Shown here: positions 52,701 to 64,000 of the stretch, piece after piece
How positions within the stretch are numbered: the stretch's first letter is position 1
Layout of the letters: the number at the start of each line of letters is the position of its first letter
NCBI GenBank assembly: GCA_002269645.1
Contig: NIVC01000209.1
Span: forward strand, 124,001-188,000
From: Macrostomum lignano
Taxonomy: Eukaryota
Length of the DNA stretch: 64,000 bases
Direction of reading: 5' to 3'
Notes under the pieces: generated by a model
Databases searched by the model: none
The model's input: the letters and a program-made list of their open reading frames with translations, nothing else
What the model was told of the DNA's origin: nothing
Position numbers and translations under genes: made by a program

Positions 52701-55082
52701 TCGTCCTACAGACGAATAGGTCAGAGCTACGTCTGACGGCAAGTCCAAAGAAGGACGGGGAGACGCACAGTCTGAGGAGACCGGAACCCCGAGAGTTGAG
52801 GATTCTCATGCCGAAAACCGCCTCCTTATATAGACACCCCAGCCGCCGCTCCAAGGTCGTTTCCGTGACTCCCTCTCTCTGATTGGCTGCCGGCAGAATG
52901 ACGTCAGAATGAGTCAGGATGAGAAGTATGAGAACGGCATAGCAATATGAGAAATGGGAGAATTGCGCAATCCGGAGGTGGGGTGGGGGATAATTGGCGC
53001 AGCGGGAGGTCGCGAAAGTGTTGCGCAAGCAAACATTGAGAACAATGGGGCGGGGGTCCAGAACAAAGGAATTGGAAATCGGGGATAATTGGGGAGAACC
53101 GAGAACAATAGAAAAGCAAACATTGGGGAAAAGGTGATAATTAGGTGCGAAAATGAGAACAATAGAAAGAGAAAATCGGAGAAAATGTGATAATTGGTGG
53201 GGATAAAGAGAACAAAAGAATAAAAAACGAGAACAATAGAAGCGGAGGTGGGGTGGGTGTCGCATGAGAAATTTTGGGAGAAGAACAATAGTATGAGAAA
53301 AGTTTGCGCAAGAGAGGGGGATGAGTCATCGATGAATCATCGAGGGGAAGGAGGGGTCACACGACTTGCGTCACCGTTTGGGAGTTTGAGAAGGGAAGGG
53401 GTGACGGTGAGCGCATAAAATACTGTAAGTAGACGCAGAGAAAGGGGGGCAGCGCAGGAAACTAGTGCAGAAAGAGACAAAAAAGAGGAGAGACAGGGAA
53501 AGTACACGAAGAATAGGGCGGAAAGCAGAAGAGATAGGGTGGAGGGGGAGGCACAGAGAGGGGTAGGGAGTGTTTAGGAGATGGCTTACATGTACTTTTC
53601 ATTCACCTGCGCGTAACTTTCATATCAGAGATTTTGGTATACGTACGTTTCAGCCCCAGCCACCATTATAATGTTCAGCCGCACCCACTCTATTTATTTA
53701 AAATTATTGCAATATATAGTTATCAATCAAAGCATTCTGGTTTTTGTTCGTTTGGCTAGTAGCCGAAAAATAGTCGCTTACTGCGAAGACTCAATTTATT
53801 GCATGAACCATCAAAACAGGGAGCTCCGGAAAGGCAAGTGTGGCGGCAGGGGAGACGGAGCCAAGGCAGCAGGGGGTGCAGCAGAGCGGGAGTCTCCAGG
53901 CCTGGTCGAAGACCTGGCCGAGTCTCAACAGCTCTGTGTAGGGGGTGCACGGCGATAGGAGGCACTTTCGAAAAAGTTCACCTGCCCTATCCCGCGACCA
54001 GAGCGTGGTTACATCACTAATTGGATTTCTGCCCCCAATGGAATAATCAGCCGCTAGGAGATATGAAATCGTTTTTTAGATTTACAACCCTCTTCTAATT
54101 ATACAGAAAGCTAGTAGTATGTCATGCACATAGCATTTTAAAATATGTTTCTAAATTTACATTTCTTCTTTAACTAAATTGCATTGCTACTTACGACTAT
54201 TTTCTTCACTAAATTGCAGCCGAACAACCTATGGGCTATAAGCAGCACCGCAATGACTCCAGACTACTGCGCCAAAGTGTGCTCTCTCGGCGGCTTCCCA
54301 TACTTCGGAGTGCAGTATTATAGTTTTTGTTTCTGCAGCCGGTCCTACGGATCCCATGGACAGGCTGTGGACGAACAATGCAACACACCGTGCAAAGGCA
54401 ATGCTTCGATTAACTGCGGTGGAACGTGGCGCAACTCGGTCTTCGCTATGCGCTACGGCTCCAGTGAGATCAAGTTGTTTTCTAAGAAATTACCTCAGTA
54501 TAATTTGAATTGGAATTCATTCATTATCGATAGTTGATTAAGGAATTTGAACCGATTGAAAATAAAAATTATCGATTAATCGTTGAGACATTCTACAACC
54601 TAGCATTCACGTCCTGCAATCCAACATCCACGCCCTGCAATCCAACATCCACGCCCTGCAATCCAACATCCACATCCTGCAATCCAACATCCACATCCTG
54701 CAATCAAACATCCACATCCTGTAATCCAACATCCACGTCCTGCAATGCAACATCCACGCCCTGCAATCCAACATCCACCTCCCCAAATCAATGTGGCATG
54801 TTCATTGCTCGTCCATCTTCCGCAGACAACGGCTGCCGCTCGTCGTACCACCCGAACCCGAGCCGACCCCAGCTGGAGGTGAGCAGCTCCTACTCGAAGG
54901 CCACCTACTGGACGGAAGCCATTCCAAATATCGCCGGCTGCATTCAAAGATGCAGCACCGCCGCTAGCAGCTGCCTGGCGGTGCTTTTCAACCGACAGGC
55001 CCGGCTCTGCCACCTGCTGAAGTTCGCTCTGGTGCCGCAGGCTCTGAGCACCGTCGATGGAGAGTTCTATGCTCGTGGATAA
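49790..55082 (+). CDS. Secreted WSC + PAN/Apple-like protein, paralog C (~216 aa); exons 49790-49939, 54220-54463, 54826-55082 (alternative in-frame acceptor at 54604)
   Basis: MLAVSLVAVLGAAFALG signal; NLGCFID; CAKVCSLGGFPYFGVQ..CFCSRSYG..CGGTWRNSVF; GCIQRC..CLAVLFNRQARLCHLLKFALVPQAL. Intron phases 0 and 1 as in A and B. Confidence 0.87.
50010..50395. repeat. 41-nt minisatellite (CCCAGATCCTCAGTTGCTGGGTTCCCACCGCCGCTGCTCTT)n in paralog C intron 1
   Basis: About 9 units; shares a 21-nt core with the Khc 28-mer on the opposite strand. Confidence 0.92.
50600..51510. repeat. 12-13-nt minisatellite (GGAGTTATCATTA)n in paralog C intron 1
   Basis: Direct observation. Confidence 0.95.
51552..54016 (-). 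mobile_element. 2465-bp TG..CA-terminated element (solo-LTR-like or Ginger-like), unclassified
   Basis: Perfect 10-bp terminal inverted repeat TGATGTAACC / GGTTACATCA with 4-bp TSD CTAA (51548-51551, 54017-54020). Internal minus-strand promoter-like motifs. Confidence 0.65.
52820..52910 (-). promoter_or_regulatory. Putative Pol II promoter (CRE-CCAAT-TATA) inside the TG..CA element
   Basis: On the minus strand in order: TGACGTCA (~52899), CAGCCAATCAG (~52885), CTATATAAG (~52830). Confidence 0.5.
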
Positions 55083-55836
55083 AATCCTTTGTATTCTCGT
55101 TGTAAATTAGGATTAATTTTCGTTCACTTTGATCGGTTTGACAGCTGTCTGCGATGTTCTGGCTCTCTGGAGACTCTGACAGTAAAGTTGTTTTTTAACG
55201 ATTGAACAAATCAGAAGTAATCAATTTGCTTTTCCTGAGAGCTTTAAAAATTCTACGTACGGACGTTAGGACTCTCATAAAATACTCTTGACTAACATGT
55301 TAAAAATATTCTTGCAATATCCTTGATCCTTTGAAATTTAAGTAAATATAAGAGAGTTATATAGCTAGCCAATCTGCATCCTGGTCCCCCTCTGCGAACC
55401 ATCCAATTTCTGCTGCGCTTGTTCTTTAGAGGTGATTGATACAACAAAAAATTATAAGACAAGTTTTTTACTGTATATCGATCAAGAATGAAGCGATGGA
55501 CCTTTTTATGACCCTCTCGACAAAGAAAATGCTACTGCTTATCATTTCATGATCTATCGATATGATTGATATGGCATGCTTCTACTGACACTGGTTCAAA
55601 GCAAGCAAATACAACCAGCAATTACAGTGTTTGAAGTGTCTGCAGCCTAGCGCGTGACCCAACCAAATTACAAGTACAATGCAGCCTACAACGAAACCTG
55701 TCGATTTGTTATCCATAACATTTCTAGATGCTAAAGCAAGATAATGTTTGTCGCAACATAAACTTTCGGTGTAGATATAGAACCGAAACACATCTTGAGG
55801 CCTCGACCGGTTAGCTTTCAATATCTTGTAGCCAAA

Positions 55837-58800
55837 ATGCCAGCCGCCTGTCGACTTTTTCTAACCGTTTCTAGTCTGTTCTGTGCAGCATCATGGCTGA
55901 CTTCAACAGCCGATGCAACCGATGCAGCCGCTGCAGCCGCTGCACAGTTCCTAGCCAGAGGCCACGTCAACGGCTGTCCATTCTCGGTGCTGGATCTCGG
56001 TCGGGGACGCGACTCGGCTGACGAACGACTGCTGATGGAGCCGCTGATGTGCGTGACGACAAGTCCTGACGAATTGGCGCCGCGTTTCGACCCGGTGCTG
56101 CGGCGCTCCTACCTGAGCGTGCCGGTGCTTTTGAGCGACAGCGAGTTGCTTGCCCATGCGTCTCGTCAAGTCAACCGACCGGACTTGGGGACGCTGAGCT
56201 CTGCACGAATTACCGAAGTTAATACCGTGGAAGACGGATTGCCAACCAGTGTCATTGTGGCATTGGACTTTGTGTGGACTCCGCCTCAGCCTGTGGGATT
56301 TCTATGGCTGGGATGTCGAAGAGAGGTTGGATGCAACGAAATGTAAGACGCAGCAAGTGGCACGGGCGCAATCAAGGCTAAAGTAGGAGGCATAGCTCGT
56401 ACGAGTACATACGTAGTCTCTTTTCAAACAAGAACTGTTGGTTGGTTCATTCCTGCTAAAACTAAGAACTAAGACACATTGGTTTATGGCTTTTGCACGA
56501 ATAGAAAAACGCAAAACATTGGGTAAGGCTGTTGTGAAATCTTACTGATGAGTTAACGACAGAGAACACCTAGCTTTATGTAAATTTTACATGGGAGAGC
56601 TGTTGTATAAACCGAACTTACCTTTATAACCAACTCAGACTCAGAAGCCATCAGTTAGAAGCCATCGAGGGTGTCCTGCTGTCGGCAAAACTCCTGGGGC
56701 TCTCCAGCAATTCCAGCACGACATTCACCTATCGACTGATGGTGCAAAATCAAACCTTGTCGATGTCAAACGGCGGAAGTCGAGACGTTGCGCGTCCGCC
56801 GACTTGTCCTCAACTGCGACCTCTGAAAACTTTAGAGTCGGAAAACTGCGCCATCCAGGTTTACCAGAGGCTGGATAGGAGGGGTCATTATCTAGTTGAA
56901 CCGTTGTTATGCTACGATAAAACGATCGCAAAGACGGTGCTTCGTAAAGACAAACTCCGAGGCACAAACTACTTGCGTCTGACTCTTATGCTGCAAGACG
57001 ATTTTGTTCTGAACACAGTGAAAACTCATCTGGAGTACCTCAGACCCATCTCCGTTGAGTTTATGCGACTTTGGCAAGCTAAAGCTGTCGTCGATTCGGA
57101 ATTTAGTAATCGCTATCAGATTGGAACGTTGTTGATCTCAGAAAACAGCAGCTTAGCTAAAGTGCAAGTGCACTGCAGCAACTGGTCAGACTGTGCAGCC
57201 TTGCGGTGAGACATCTGTCTTGGATTTACCTACCATAGGTTCACAGCTGTCATTTATTCATCTCGGGTTGCTGTAAAAATCGACCGAATTCATTTTTAAT
57301 AAAGGGGAAAATACATGTACTTTCACCTGCTCAGGTGCGCCATCACCACGGACCCAATCTATTTTTGGCGTCACGTCAAGTGGACCTACGAGACGACAGT
57401 AGATGACACCTGTCTGCACACGCCAGCTACCGGCCCAAGGCACTCTTGGCAGGTGCTACGCGAAGCTAAACCGATTTCAGCTCGATCGAGACGCCAGCTC
57501 CAATGCAACGGCACACCTTGCAAGTACGTGAAGTACAGAGGCGGCAAAGAGTACACCGTTGTGCTTCAACGAATCCGAGGAAGCGTCAGTTTCCAGCGAA
57601 ACTGGACCGAGTATGAGAACGGTTTCGGGGACGAGACAGATTTTTGGATCGGTTAGTTCAAATTAATATGCGGTTAGTTCAAACCCTTTTTAAAACTGAT
57701 TTGAGCGATCTTTGATCCGCGGAACTACAGCTAGCTACAGGGTCTTTACCTTAATCCGGAACCCGGCCAGAAAATTCTACCAGGAACCCTGGTATTAAAA
57801 CCCGACCACAATCCTGTACTATGCTAATTATCTATCCACTTTGACTCTCTTCCTTCATCCTTCTTTTATCTGTCCACAGTTCTTAGCTGACATGCCATTT
57901 CCAACGGTCTCATTGTTGGCAAAGTTGTCTGACAGATCAAGTAGCTCTGTATGTCTGACTCTCCCCAATATTACGTGTACATGTAAGATATACACTATAT
58001 GAGTCACTTATGGTGAACACGCTGCGCAGTCGAGGGGGTTATAGTGGACGAACTGGCGGAGATTCTCGGGCCTGAAAACGTCGGTAAGATCCGAGTTTAT
58101 CCTGTGGTAGGTGAGCCTGTCCTGAGTAAAGGGTTCGATTGCGTGCACATCACAGATGAAGTGTTCTGAATTCTCAACACCATAGCCTGAGAGGGTCGCC
58201 AAAATATCCGCCCAAATGTCCAAGCGGAGAATGTGAGACTGGCTGCTAGGAAAGGGCAGCGAAGGACTGTCAACAGTCGGGATGGGGGGGGCGTTAGCCC
58301 CCTTTTTCTGTGCTCTGATCCCACCCAACTGGTTAATCGGAGTGATGACGGCCACGGGCAGGGGGGCAATGAAGGATTCAGTCGATAAATCTCTCGTTGC
58401 CATAGTGCCCTACCCATGCTACACGCATATGATGATATTTCAAGCCTTTTACACTCAGGTCTAGAAGCGGTGCACGCGCTGAGCAAGTTTGGAATCACTC
58501 TGCGAATCGAGCTCAAACTATTCAATGGCACTGAACTGTTTGGAGAATTTAATGAATTTCGAGTTGGAAATTCAAGTACAAATTATCGAATGACGTACTC
58601 AGAAATGGCAACAACTGCTGGCTTCTCAAATATGGGATTCGATCCACTAATCAAGCACCAGGGCATGCAGTTCTCAACTTTGGATCGGGATAACGACGCC
58701 AATGAGTACTCGTGCTCCAACAACTGGGGCAGAGGTGGCTGGTGGTTCAGCAGCTGCTACGATTTCTACCCAACGGGGCTGTTTCCACTCAGCAAGACGA

Positions 58801-58889
58801 GTAACTATAGCTACATGATTTTCGGAGACGTTCAACGGCTGGCCTTTCGACAGGTTCGACTAATGTTCGAGGCCGATTTTTGCGGTTAG
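55837..58889 (+). CDS. Secreted fibrinogen-related domain (FReD) protein with an uncharacterised N-terminal region (~606 aa); exons 55837-56342, ~56639-57205, 57335-57651, 58459-58889
   Basis: Signal-like N-terminus; FReD motifs YTVVLQRIRGSVSFQRNWTEYENGFG..FWIGLE, GMQFSTLDRDND, RGGWWFSSC. Exon phases 2, 2, 1 sum to an intact frame (1821 nt). Exon 2 start could alternatively be 56645. Confidence 0.87.
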
Positions 58890-59129
58890 AAACCACTAAG
58901 AAGATTGCAGAAGCTCAGAAGTTATTCAATAAAAATTGACCTTTATATAATATAAATTGTTTTACTTCTCTCAATAAAATCTACACTCAGCAACATGTTA
59001 AAGTTTCCACCCAAAGCCAGTGGTCATGAATAATGAATGAATTAATTAATTAATTAATTTTTAATATTATCATTGACAATACAATAATATCAGTTTATTT
59101 TTCTTCTTATCAGCTTGATTACGAAATCA

Positions 59130-59600
59130 GCCCATACGAGCCCGCGAACGTGGTGTGAATTGCGTCATTTGGGGCTGAGATCTGACGGGTTCTGGGGTGG
59201 AAACTTTAACATGTTGCTGAGTGTACATGAAGAGTGTGTACTCTTGACTGGAGGGCTGTGCAGGCACCCTATGGCGCAACGCCTTCGGCGACGCTGAAGT
59301 GATTCTGCCCTTTCTGCTGACCTCCTGAGCACAAACAAGCGCGCCAATACTGCTGTATGAAGGCACGCACTCATACACGTACACGCTCTTACAGGGTGGG
59401 TACAGCGGCCCTTGGCTTTCTAATCATAAAAAAAGTGCACTCTCGAGCTCTGCAGTGCCTTGGGGATTGGCCCATATGGCTTGTGAATCGCACGACCAAC
59501 TACGCCCAACAATTTTCGTGAACAAGCCCAATACTATGGCTGCGCACGGAATCGAGAACCAGTAGTCGTGGCGCGAGACTCAGGCAAACTTAATAACCAT
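59130..59600 (-). mobile_element. tRNA-derived SINE, family A-related, copy 3 (diverged)
   Basis: Similarity to 39750-40130 (CCTGAGCA..AAACAAGCGCGC, GTACAGCGGCCCT, CTGC(A/G)..CCTTGGGG); B-box-like GGTTCTCGATTCC on the minus strand ~59550. Confidence 0.6.
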
Positions 59601-60424
59601 TTTACTGCTCTGTCTCAAGTGCTACTTGTATGTCTGTTCTATTTCGTATTTTAAAAATGTTTTAATTATTCTAGAAACTAAATTCGCCGTTTAAAAAAAT
59701 TATGAGTTTTTTTCTCATCCTGATCAGGATTGTGTGGAGTTTTAAAAGCCGGGGAGGTGTGCGATACTTTTACTTACAACTGCTATTCTACTAAAGACTT
59801 TTCAAGGTAGACTTGAGTAGTCCTTGTATTCTACGTACCTGTGTACGTGCACTGATATTAGGCCCGCGTATCTATACTTTAAATGCATGAAACATCTTGT
59901 TTTTAAAAAATGTTTCGTTTACTTTGTAAGTAGCTTTTGTACTAGTAGTTGTAGCACATACTTAAATCATGCAGTGCGTAATTATTTTTTGGGGTTAATA
60001 ATTGAAGAAATTTCGTTTTTGCAGGCTAGCTGTAGGCCTGTAGTAATTCTAAAAGGCGCTAAGTATACATACTTCCATATGGTACATCGATCTCAGCCGC
60101 CATGACGGCTTTGTGATGCCTAGGGCCTTTTCATATTGCTTGCTCTGGTTCCAGAACCATAGAACCAATTTGTGAAGTATAACTTTTTGTCTCCATAACT
60201 AGAGGGAGATACGTGCTATAAAGTTTTTATTATTGAATGTAGGATTCATACATCGATTTTGCGTGCTTAAATGGTCTATGCACGAGTGTGCGCAGCGCAC
60301 GAGTGCCATAGACCATTTAAGCACGCAAAATCGATGTATGAGTTGCATTGTATTACGTTGGCTTAATACTTTAGATGGCGCGTTAGATGCATGCTCAGTT
60401 AATTTGTCTTAACCATAGACAAAA

Positions 60425-60920
60425 ATGCGTGAAAGGCACGCAAGTTGATTGATTGAGTCGGCAATTGATCGAGAAGAGGAGGATCTTCTGGAGGCACTTT
60501 TCAAGAAGATACCTGACGAAGAAGCTGAACTACTTGAATTGGAACAGCTCGTTTCCGAAATCGAGGACACCGCTGCTAGTAAAAGTGTGACAAAGGCTAC
60601 CGAATATTATGTCGGTAAGTTGCAGAGCTTCATGGAGAACCATCCGTCAGTTCAGCGTGATTTGGCGACTTCTACACCGCGCGAGATCGACAGTCTATTG
60701 CGATACTTCTATGGCTCACTTCGCAAGAGGAATGGCGAATACTTTGCTCCAGCCACGTTGATTTGTATCCGAGCTGCGCTCTAACGGCATTTCATGTCGA
60801 CAAGGCGAATCAATATTCTAACTGACGACGCATTCTATGCTTCCAATACGACACTGAAGTCAATGGGCAGAATCTTCATTGCCCGAGGCGGACGCGCCCG
60901 ACACTTCCAATCGATCGAGC
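60425..60920 (+). pseudogene. Truncated Crypton-type (DUF3504/KCTD1-ZMYM-like) tyrosine-recombinase N-terminal fragment
   Basis: IDSLLRYFYGSLRKRNGEYFAPATLICIRAAL*RHF..INILTDDAFYASNTTLK resembles from recall the Crypton/DUF3504 LxxFxxxxRKKDGxxYxxxSLxxxRxxLxRHL..INI pattern. In-frame stops at 60446 and 60782; catalytic half absent. Confidence 0.72.
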
Positions 60921-63900
60921 CTTTCCGTGCATTACACGCACGCGTTAGACGCACGCTTGTTGCCTTTACTCAGATAGAAAATTGCCATAGACACCTACAT
61001 TAGACGCACAGTAAATCGTGCATCTAACGCGCGCCAGCGTGATACAATGACAATCGCCAAGAAGAAAGTGAAAAATTGTGCTAAGTTAGGTTGTTAAGGC
61101 AGTCAAATATTAACAGAGTTTAATAGTTATACTGCTGTTTTTCTTGGAATTCCGAACCGATTCTGGTTCTGGAATTGGTAATATATGAAAAGGCCCCTAG
61201 ACGTGCACCGCGTACTCCACCTCAAGTTGACACGTGATAGCTTCGAATGAGACGAAAGGGAGGTTTTACAAACACGAATTTTCCCTACGTCGAAAAGCAC
61301 CTTCCTTTACAAGGCTCGGTCGAAACTTTTTATAATGAGCTAGGTCGAAATTTGACAAACGCAAAAAAGTACTGCATGGTTCTTGTTATATTAGTTTAAA
61401 ATTAAAAAGCTATTGATACTAAGAAAATAACAATATAATTATCTGATATAAGATAAACATATGGAGGGGCCTTAAGCCGATTTCACGAATCGGTTTAATG
61501 ACAGTTGTGAGCTTCTTAGCTAAATAAAATTAATTCTAATATGCATGAAACTAGCAGTTTATTTAACTATACAACACATAAAAATTATACAACACTCATA
61601 TTATAGATATTAAAGATTTTTATGCTTTAACATTCTGCCAGTTAAGTTTTTGTTAAACTATTCAGCTTAAATTTGAGTTTCGTTGTTTTTAACAATTCGG
61701 TAATTTCTAGGCCTGCCTTCAATTCACAACCTCAATTAAGTTGTATATGAAAGTGGAATGTTCGGCCTTACGTTACATAAACAACAAGCAATTGGATTTT
61801 TATTGTCTGCGATCTAAGACTACTCAATTTACTGAAGCTATTTAAGCATCATTCGCCTTAGGCCTTCTTGCATGACTGGGCGACGGGCGTATAGCATAGG
61901 CCTAGGCATAGGCGATAGGCCTAGCTTCGTATTCCATGGCATAAGCACAAATTGAGTTTGAGCATAATAGGCCTAATTATTATTGATTATTGATTAGGCC
62001 CAGCAATTATATCTTACTGTTAATACTGACTTTTTACACTTATACGAGTAGACTCCTACAAGTTCTGGCTCTATAGGACTGTGTTTCACTTAGGCTTTTC
62101 ATGCAGATTGGTTCCAGAACCAGAATCGGTAGGAAAATGAAAAAACTTCGAACCCATTTTATGTTTGTCAGTCTTTACAATTTAATTTTGTCTTTCCTTG
62201 ACTGTGTTTCCTCTTGGATAGGCTTATGACAAAAAACAGAATCATAGCCTAATATAACAATACCGTCAATAGGTCTAGGCCTAATAAAAATTGACAATTT
62301 CAAATATATATTTACTATTACAGTGTAAACATGACAATGGATAGATTGAGAAAACACAGTTCTAGAACCAACCAATTCTAAAAATGGAATAGACAATATA
62401 AAAAGCTTCTAAGTTCTAACCAATTCTAGTTCTAGAATTAGTAATATAAAAAGCCTAACTATGATGAACCTCTTGGCTCTCTATTGATAATTACACTGTT
62501 GAGCTATCAAAATTATTATTGGGGTTGGGGTTACTAACTTTTATTCTATTGTTGACACAAGATTATCACAGGATTTTTGGGGATTTTGGGAATTTCTTAG
62601 GATTTAGGGAGAATTAGGCAAATTCTACTACTAAAAAGAGTAGGGCCTAAGCCTGAGGTTGCTCCTAGTGGCATAATGTCTGAGTCTGAGTGGCAAGACA
62701 CTGTCTATAATTCTATCAACTAATATTAGTCCAAGGGAGGGCTATGCGATGAATCGGAGTTGCCTAGGAAACAAGGCGCATTAATGGGGAATTACAATAA
62801 CTTAAATAGAGAATGCTGACATAGAGGGTAATGCGCTTAATAGGGAAAGAGACAGGTCACAGTAGGGTACGCCTAATAAGGGACTAGAATTAGGAGGGGA
62901 TTGGGCAGACAAAGAGTCTGGGTCTGGGCAGGGGAATTCACAGAATATCAATCTAGGCTCAAAGATCTGGAAATAAAGAAAGGCAGAATGCCTATTCAAC
63001 AAAAAGGAGAAAAAGAGAGGCTGATTCACCTAGAGAAAGAAGGAAAGGCTGTATGCTCTTGGGAAAAAAGGGAGAGAGTGGGCAGAGACTGCATATCTCT
63101 AAATAAACAAGGCTGACTCAATGGCTATTTTTAGAACAAACTGTTCTTTTGGTACTAGGCCTGATAGTAAACCAGTACAAGTTGGTCTTTAATAGAAGCT
63201 TTCACACTTACATTTTAAATAGTCAGGTTACTAAAAATAGTGGACAGTTTTAAACAAAATGTTTTCATTACAAAAGTTTTATCAAAGATATACACTAAGA
63301 TTAGTAAATTTCTAGTAAAATAATCATTTAATATACATATTATCACTAATGATAAAAGTGATGGCAATTTACTTGTTAAAAAGACAGTAAGTACTAAAGA
63401 TTCTCTTTATATGCACAGATAATAGTCAATGAGGCAAAAGTTGATGGAATTTTAATATAAGGCTAGTTTTGAGAATAAAATGCTAATAAAAAGAATTAGG
63501 TATTTAATACAACAAATGATTATAAAAGTGATGTAGCATGCAATAATAATAGTCTGTTACATAACTAACAATATGACTTACAACTGTATAATAGGGCGTA
63601 TCTTTGTTGCTTTAAAAGTAATATTCACAATTTTAGTTCTTAAAAAAAGCAAGATTCAAGAAATCAACTTTTAAAGTGATATTTTCTTGTGAAGAAAAAA
63701 AATTAAGTACTGAAATAATATTACTATTATTATTACTATTTAATTTAACTCAATAATTGGTACTTGTCTTAGTCATGAATTAGGCCTACCCTTGGGACTA
63801 TAAATTAGATTGTGTGCTTAGTACTTGATAGGCCTACTTGAAAACAACCAAGCCAATCTTTACAAGTTTATGTCAGTTCAATCTGCCTTGTTTTGGTATA

Positions 63901-64000
63901 ATATTGAACATCTCATTTTTTAGATAGTAGAAAGGTCTTGGTGACCTACTTTTATTATTTTCAATCATTTTATATTAAAAATTGTTTTATTTTAAATAGT

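Noticed and set aside
56535-56580. Hammerhead ribozyme core (CTGATGA; also 50503, 49508)
   Set aside because: No correctly placed stem II plus GAAA or closing stems.
62700-63120. Possible old LINE RT fragment
   Set aside because: Only vague resemblance with no diagnostic motif; too degraded to call.

Overview
Eukaryotic (animal) genomic DNA, not prokaryotic: spliced genes with GT-AG introns, mostly GC-rich coding exons, and introns filled with minisatellites. This style plus WSC/PAN-domain gene families suggests a free-living flatworm such as Macrostomum (inference only). Six protein-coding genes can be reconstructed exon by exon. (1) Kinesin-1 heavy chain (KIF5/Khc, minus strand, 3' end runs off the window). 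(2) Fizzy-related/Cdh1 (FZR1, plus strand, divergently oriented from Khc across an AT-rich, transposon-rich interval). (3-5) Three paralogous secreted WSC + PAN/Apple-like genes with conserved intron positions. (6) A secreted fibrinogen-related protein whose N-terminal half holds two copies of a domain I cannot name. Many mobile elements have recognisable ends and target-site duplications: a P-like THAP element and a related MITE, several hAT-type elements, a full-length decayed mariner, two Tc1-like deletion derivatives, a LINE 3' fragment ending in a 1.37-kb (AACT)n tract, tRNA-derived SINEs including a CORE-like one, a 2.46-kb TG..CA element, and a Crypton/DUF3504-like fragment beside a perfect palindrome. 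Nearly all long low-complexity ORFs in the supplied track are minisatellite artefacts. No CRISPR, rRNA or genuine tRNA gene was found. All calls are from manual reading and recalled family motifs; no searches were run.
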